A DNA stretch of 64,000 bases, taken from positions 1,099,014 through 1,163,013 of the forward strand of contig NW_003314300.1 of the NCBI RefSeq assembly GCF_000143415.4, in the 5' to 3' direction. The translations under genes were made by a program, and so were the position numbers. Origin of the DNA: Selaginella moellendorffii (Eukaryota; Plantae; Lycopodiophyta). Shown in pieces: positions 63,801-64,000 of this stretch (its first letter is position 1; each line of letters starts with the position of its first letter). Below the pieces are notes generated by a model. It saw only the letters and a program-made list of their open reading frames with translations. It ran no database searches and was not told where the DNA came from.

Positions 63801-64000
63801 GCTTGGCTCATGCATATGCTGTGTGTAGGGTCTTATCCATCCTGTTTTTCGCAAAAAGTTCTCCCTTCTATCTTTAGGGCTGGATTAGCAATGGAGTGCT
63901 ATGGCTGGTGCTTATAGAACTAGAGAGCCTGCTTGGATCTCTCATACACTGCACAAGAATTTTCCACTCATTTTTGTAGGACGCCCCAGCTAGGAATTTT

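Noticed and set aside
62298-64000. Short ORFs near the window end
   Set aside because: No recognisable domain or consistent exon chain; possibly relic or truncated by the window edge.

Overview
Eukaryotic plant nuclear DNA. Very short introns, dense genes and a short-motif PPR gene suggest the lycophyte Selaginella (inference). The left third (592-22103) is one ~21.5 kb DNA transposon bounded by perfect 22-bp terminal inverted repeats. It carries a decayed Sola1-like DDD transposase (minus strand) and a divergently transcribed, decayed multi-exon cargo gene with a ParB/Srx-like domain, a degenerate beta-class DNA amino-methyltransferase fold and an FCP1/NIF-type HAD phosphatase domain. The element is studded with about 25 copies of a 22-bp palindrome (ATGGCRTGWG-NN-CWCAYGCCAT) in introns, UTR/intergenic DNA and even coding sequence; I saw no full copy outside it. 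A young non-autonomous LTR retroelement (1756-9479, TSD CGCAC) sits in the centre of one palindrome. The middle (23-52 kb) holds ordinary host genes: cyclin J18-like, SAFE1-like SET protein, EPC/Tudor protein, CAT transporter, kinase, RING-WD40, PPR, HSP110, FAF, PI-PLC, PP2C, tRNA-Ser(AGA), and an unusual nuclear-type tRNA-Ile with a GAT anticodon. The right end has a 4CL pseudogene and two convergent Crinkler-like genes (NTPase+REase; REase+kinase) in AT-rich DNA. All domain calls come from motif recognition by eye, not database searches.
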